31,500 bases of DNA from Rhizobiaceae bacterium (GTDB taxonomy: Bacteria; Pseudomonadota; Alphaproteobacteria; Rhizobiales; Rhizobiaceae), in contig JASJDO010000023.1 in the NCBI GenBank assembly GCA_030065115.1, positions 1-31,500 on the forward strand, in the 5' to 3' direction. Every line of letters begins with the position of its first letter. Position 1 is the stretch's first letter. The notes beneath the pieces are model-generated. The model ran no database searches and was not told where the DNA came from. It was given only the letters and a program-made list of their open reading frames with translations. A program made the translations under genes and the position numbers. This document shows, piece by piece, positions 28,628 to 31,500 of the stretch.

Positions 28628-29857
28628 ATGAAACATGCCGCCCCAAAAGCAATTGCAGTCAGCAAAGCAATTGACAAGGTGATCCGTGAGGATCGGGGGC
28701 GGCTTCTTTCTGCGCTGATTGCCAGGCTTGGTAGTTTTCAATTGGCAGAAGATGCATTGCAGGAAGCAATTGTTTCCGCAATCAGCCATTGGGGGCGTGC
28801 CGGTCTTCCAAACTCACCTAAAGGTTGGCTGCTGCGAGTTGCCCTGAACAAGGGCATTGATCATATCCGAAAAGGGCAGCGTGAAGAGCAGAAGGCCCAG
28901 GATTTTGACAGTATCAGATATGACCATGCTGGTGAGCAAGATGATGAGGCGATCCCTGATGAACGCCTTCGTTTGATCTTTGCTTGTTGCCATCCGGCTT
29001 TGGAAGAGAAATCAAGGATCGCGCTTACACTTCGCACAGTTTGCAACCTCACAACACGCGAAATTGCGGCTGCTTTTCTGGATACAGAATCTACCATGGG
29101 ACAACGTCTTTCGCGTGCGAAAGCAAAGATACAGACAAAAGGCATCGCTTTCAAAATACCGGAAGCTGACCAATGGAATGACCGCCTGGATACCGTCCTT
29201 TCTACCATTTATCTGATCTTCACGACCGGATATGTGCTGGAAGACAATTCCTCTCGAGACCTCTGCAAGGAAGCAATTTTTCTTCTCGAGTTGATGTGTA
29301 AACTTAAGCCTGAAGAGTCAGAAATTGAGGGCGCATTGGCGCTGATGCAATTGACTGAAGTGCGCAAGCGCGCCCGGATTGATGGTGATGGTGCTCTGGT
29401 TCCGGTCGAAGAACAAAACAGAGACTTATGGAACCACGATCTTCGCAAACAAGCGCAAGATTTGCTGACTACAGCAATGAAGCGCAGGCAAATCGGCCCC
29501 TATCAGATAAAAGCTGCAATAGCTGATTGTCATATGGAAGAACCCATTCCTGATTGGCCGCAAATGGCATTGCTTTACCAAGAACTCTGGCGGTTTGAAC
29601 CAACTCCTGTTGTTGCTCTAAACAAGGCTGTTGTGCTTGCAGAACTTGGTGAGTGCCCCGCAGCCCTGTTGGCGGTTGAAGCCTTGGAAGATGAATTATC
29701 GTCATACCAACCCTGGTATGCCGCGAGAGCCGATATTCTGATGAAAATAGGTAGGAAGCATGAGGCAATCATTGTCTATAAACAGGCTATAGAATTGGCT
29801 CCCAATGAGGCAAGTCGCGTCTTTCTGGAAAAGCAAATGTCCGGCACTGCACAATGA
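28628..29857 (+). CDS. ECF-type RNA polymerase sigma factor with a long C-terminal TPR-like extension (ECF42 / DUF6596-type)
   Basis: It has a sigma-2 region (…LQEAIVSAISHW…), a sigma-4 HTH (LTLRTVCNLTTREIAAAFLDTESTMGQRLSRAKAKIQ) and a ~200-aa helical C-terminal extension ending in …RVFLEKQ…. It is 409 aa, 4 nt after the YciI gene, with no anti-sigma gene nearby. Confidence 0.8.
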   Translation: MKHAAPKAIAVSKAIDKVIREDRGRLLSALIARLGSFQLAEDALQEAIVSAISHWGRAGLPNSPKGWLLRVALNKGIDHIRKGQREEQKAQDFDSIRYDHAGEQDDEAIPDERLRLIFACCHPALEEKSRIALTLRTVCNLTTREIAAAFLDTESTMGQRLSRAKAKIQTKGIAFKIPEADQWNDRLDTVLSTIYLIFTTGYVLEDNSSRDLCKEAIFLLELMCKLKPEESEIEGALALMQLTEVRKRARIDGDGALVPVEEQNRDLWNHDLRKQAQDLLTTAMKRRQIGPYQIKAAIADCHMEEPIPDWPQMALLYQELWRFEPTPVVALNKAVVLAELGECPAALLAVEALEDELSSYQPWYAARADILMKIGRKHEAIIVYKQAIELAPNEASRVFLEKQMSGTAQ

Positions 29858-30031
29858 GCCGCTTATCTCTGATTTCTTGCCCTAATTTTTATATATTTTG
29901 ATAATAATTCGCTAATTGAGTGATGTTTTGTACCTTGAAAATTAAATTTCAATAATTATATCAATTTTATGAAATAGTTGAATATATTTCACTATTCTAA
30001 AAACAAAAATAACAAAAATAGGGGAAATTTT

Positions 30032-31462
30032 ATGTTTCTATTACCAGTATTATCTCTTTTTATTATTGCAGCCGCTTTCGTGGCTCGAAAAAATTTGAGA
30101 TTTGACAATCCAAATGTTGATGGAATGGTCAATATGGCCGGTTGGGGTGTTAAAGCCGCGGGCGTTCTGATGTTCTGTTATACCGCTTTTACAGGCATGT
30201 TCTTTTACGCCGAGCCAGGTTTCAAATACCATGTTCGCACCATTACCGGCCAAGAGAAAATGGTATCCGATACCGGTTACAACATGCATTTGTTCGGGCG
30301 TTACAATGCCTGGAAAAACGCCATGTCCGTTCAAGCCTCTGCCTCTGGCCAGGGCCAGATGTCTGCGGAGACAGATGGCGCGCAAATGAGCGCAAATCTA
30401 GCGCCGAAGTCATTGGTTTTTCTTGACCAGGTTGACGCCAATGTTTCTGCCACCGCTCGGTTCGAGTTGCCTGTGGATGAGGATGCCTTTCTAAGGCTTG
30501 CGCGTCAGTATCGTACGCCTGAAAACCTTCTGCGAACTGAACTCGTTCCGGCATTTGAAGAAACGCTTGGTGCCAATGCGGCGCTCATGTCAGCAGAAGA
30601 TTATTTCCAGGGTGGCAAGACCGAATTCAACAACGAGTTTCTTCGCCAGATGGAAGGTGGAATCTACCTTGTGAGACGCATCGAAAAACGCGTGAAGGTG
30701 GAAGACAATCGCCCAGGTAGCGCAAATGCAGCGCTAGGTGAGGAGCAGGAGCAATTCGGCAATGACACTAAAACGATCTTCGTTGTTGAGAAGCGAGTTG
30801 GCGCTGATGGACAACCGCTCCGTAAAGCCCAATCTTTTGAGAAGTTCGGGATCAGCGTTACCTCAGCTCGGGTGACACATGTTGAGCCAAACCGACGATT
30901 CAAGGACCGAATGGGTCTTCGTCAGCAAGCTGCAGCGGATCGCGCGATTGCGCGTGAAAAGCGGGTACAGGAAGAAGAGCAGCGTCTCCTTGCAATCGCC
31001 AAGGGCGAGCGTGAAGTCGCTGAACGCCAGGCGACCGCCAAGGTTGAGCAGATCGAAAAGACAACCCAGGCGGAAACAGAAAAGCAATTGGCGATTACTG
31101 CGGCCGAGCGCGAGCGTGAAGCTGCAAAGATTGCCAAGGAGCAAGCTGAAATCTTGCTAGAGAAGGCCAAGATTGACGCGCAGGCTGTTCAAGTTGCTGC
31201 AGATGCAGCAGCCTATGAAAAACGCGAAATTCTCGCGGCGGATAATGCGCTTGCTCAAAAGCTCGAGGCCTATGTCCAGGTTCAAGGTGTATGGGCTGAG
31301 GCATTTGCAAAGCGTCAAGTCCCTGCTACTATCTTTGGTGCGAATGAGGGAGGGCCAGGCTCTGACGATGACGTCTCGCGTTTCCTTCAGCTTCTGACTG
31401 TCCAGTCTGCCAAAGGCCTCGCAGTCGATCCGTCAATTGAACGGACTGAACAAATCAGATAA
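30032..31462 (+). CDS. SPFH/band-7 (flotillin-like) membrane protein with an N-terminal TM and an Ala/Glu-rich coiled-coil tail
   Basis: ATG 30032 has a GGGGA RBS 7 nt upstream; the ORF track's upstream ATG at 29978 lies in 20%-GC DNA with no RBS. The N-terminus is hydrophobic (FLLPVLSLFIIAAAFVA). An SPFH-like core (…GISVTSARVTHVEPNRRFKDRMGLRQQAAADRAIAREKR…) is followed by an EA-repeat coiled-coil and a Gly-rich tail typical of flotillin/YqiK. Confidence 0.55.
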   Translation: MFLLPVLSLFIIAAAFVARKNLRFDNPNVDGMVNMAGWGVKAAGVLMFCYTAFTGMFFYAEPGFKYHVRTITGQEKMVSDTGYNMHLFGRYNAWKNAMSVQASASGQGQMSAETDGAQMSANLAPKSLVFLDQVDANVSATARFELPVDEDAFLRLARQYRTPENLLRTELVPAFEETLGANAALMSAEDYFQGGKTEFNNEFLRQMEGGIYLVRRIEKRVKVEDNRPGSANAALGEEQEQFGNDTKTIFVVEKRVGADGQPLRKAQSFEKFGISVTSARVTHVEPNRRFKDRMGLRQQAAADRAIAREKRVQEEEQRLLAIAKGEREVAERQATAKVEQIEKTTQAETEKQLAITAAEREREAAKIAKEQAEILLEKAKIDAQAVQVAADAAAYEKREILAADNALAQKLEAYVQVQGVWAEAFAKRQVPATIFGANEGGPGSDDDVSRFLQLLTVQSAKGLAVDPSIERTEQIR

Positions 31463-31500
31463 CATTGGAAGCTATTAATAGAACGGGCCTCTTTTGTGGC

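Noticed and set aside
29978-30031. Upstream in-frame ATG at 29978 (MNIFHYSKNKNNKNRGNF…) for the SPFH gene
   Set aside because: The extension is encoded by 20%-GC DNA with Lys/Asn-rich low-complexity codons and no RBS. ATG 30032 has a GGGGA RBS at proper spacing, and the hydrophobic N-terminus starts there.
1-31500. Searched for tRNA/rRNA genes, CRISPR repeats, IS elements, integrases and direct repeats flanking the low-GC genes
   Set aside because: No cloverleaf-like or repeat-spacer structure was found, and no transposase- or integrase-like ORF was seen. No flanking direct repeats could be identified by eye, so the low-GC genes cannot be delimited as discrete mobile elements from sequence alone.

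Overview
This 31.5-kb window looks like a chromosomal segment from a moderately GC-rich alphaproteobacterium, probably a Rhizobiales-like organism. No transposase, integrase, tRNA, rRNA or CRISPR array is visible.

Genes, from start to end:
- A LysE-family exporter, truncated at the 5' end of the window.
- A plus-strand cell-envelope cluster: an EnvC-like degenerate M23 activator, the CtpA S41 protease, a divergent polysaccharide deacetylase (YibQ-like) and the NUDIX RNA pyrophosphohydrolase RppH.
- A minus-strand SitABCD/MntABCD-type Mn/Fe ABC transporter, with a Fur/Mur-box-like operator in its promoter.
- A lower-GC secreted right-handed beta-helix protein.
- An RND efflux pair (AcrB-like permease and lipoprotein adaptor) with no outer-membrane factor or regulator nearby.
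- A minimal K+ channel with the TVGYGD selectivity filter.
- A 12.2-kb minus-strand valine-to-succinyl-CoA operon, tightly packed and often overlapping: mmsA, acyl-CoA dehydrogenase, HIBCH, mmsB, enoyl-CoA hydratase, pccB, [two inserted non-metabolic genes], pccA, methylmalonyl-CoA mutase. A LysR regulator is encoded divergently.
- A MAPEG / YciI(DGPF) / ECF42-type sigma factor module, preceded by a candidate ECF promoter (TGTCGA-N17-CGTC).
- An SPFH/flotillin-like membrane protein behind a roughly 175-bp, very AT-rich leader.

The observations most worth a second look:
- A low-GC single-pass membrane protein and a secreted TPR protein are inserted, with translational coupling, into the middle of the pcc/mcm operon.
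- The MAPEG gene appears to be associated with an ECF42/DGPF module and its candidate promoter.
- The low-GC beta-helix gene sits between a metal transporter and the RND pump.
- A near-identical Fur-like motif occurs upstream of both sitA and the SPFH gene.

All protein assignments come from motif and domain recognition by eye, with no database searches.
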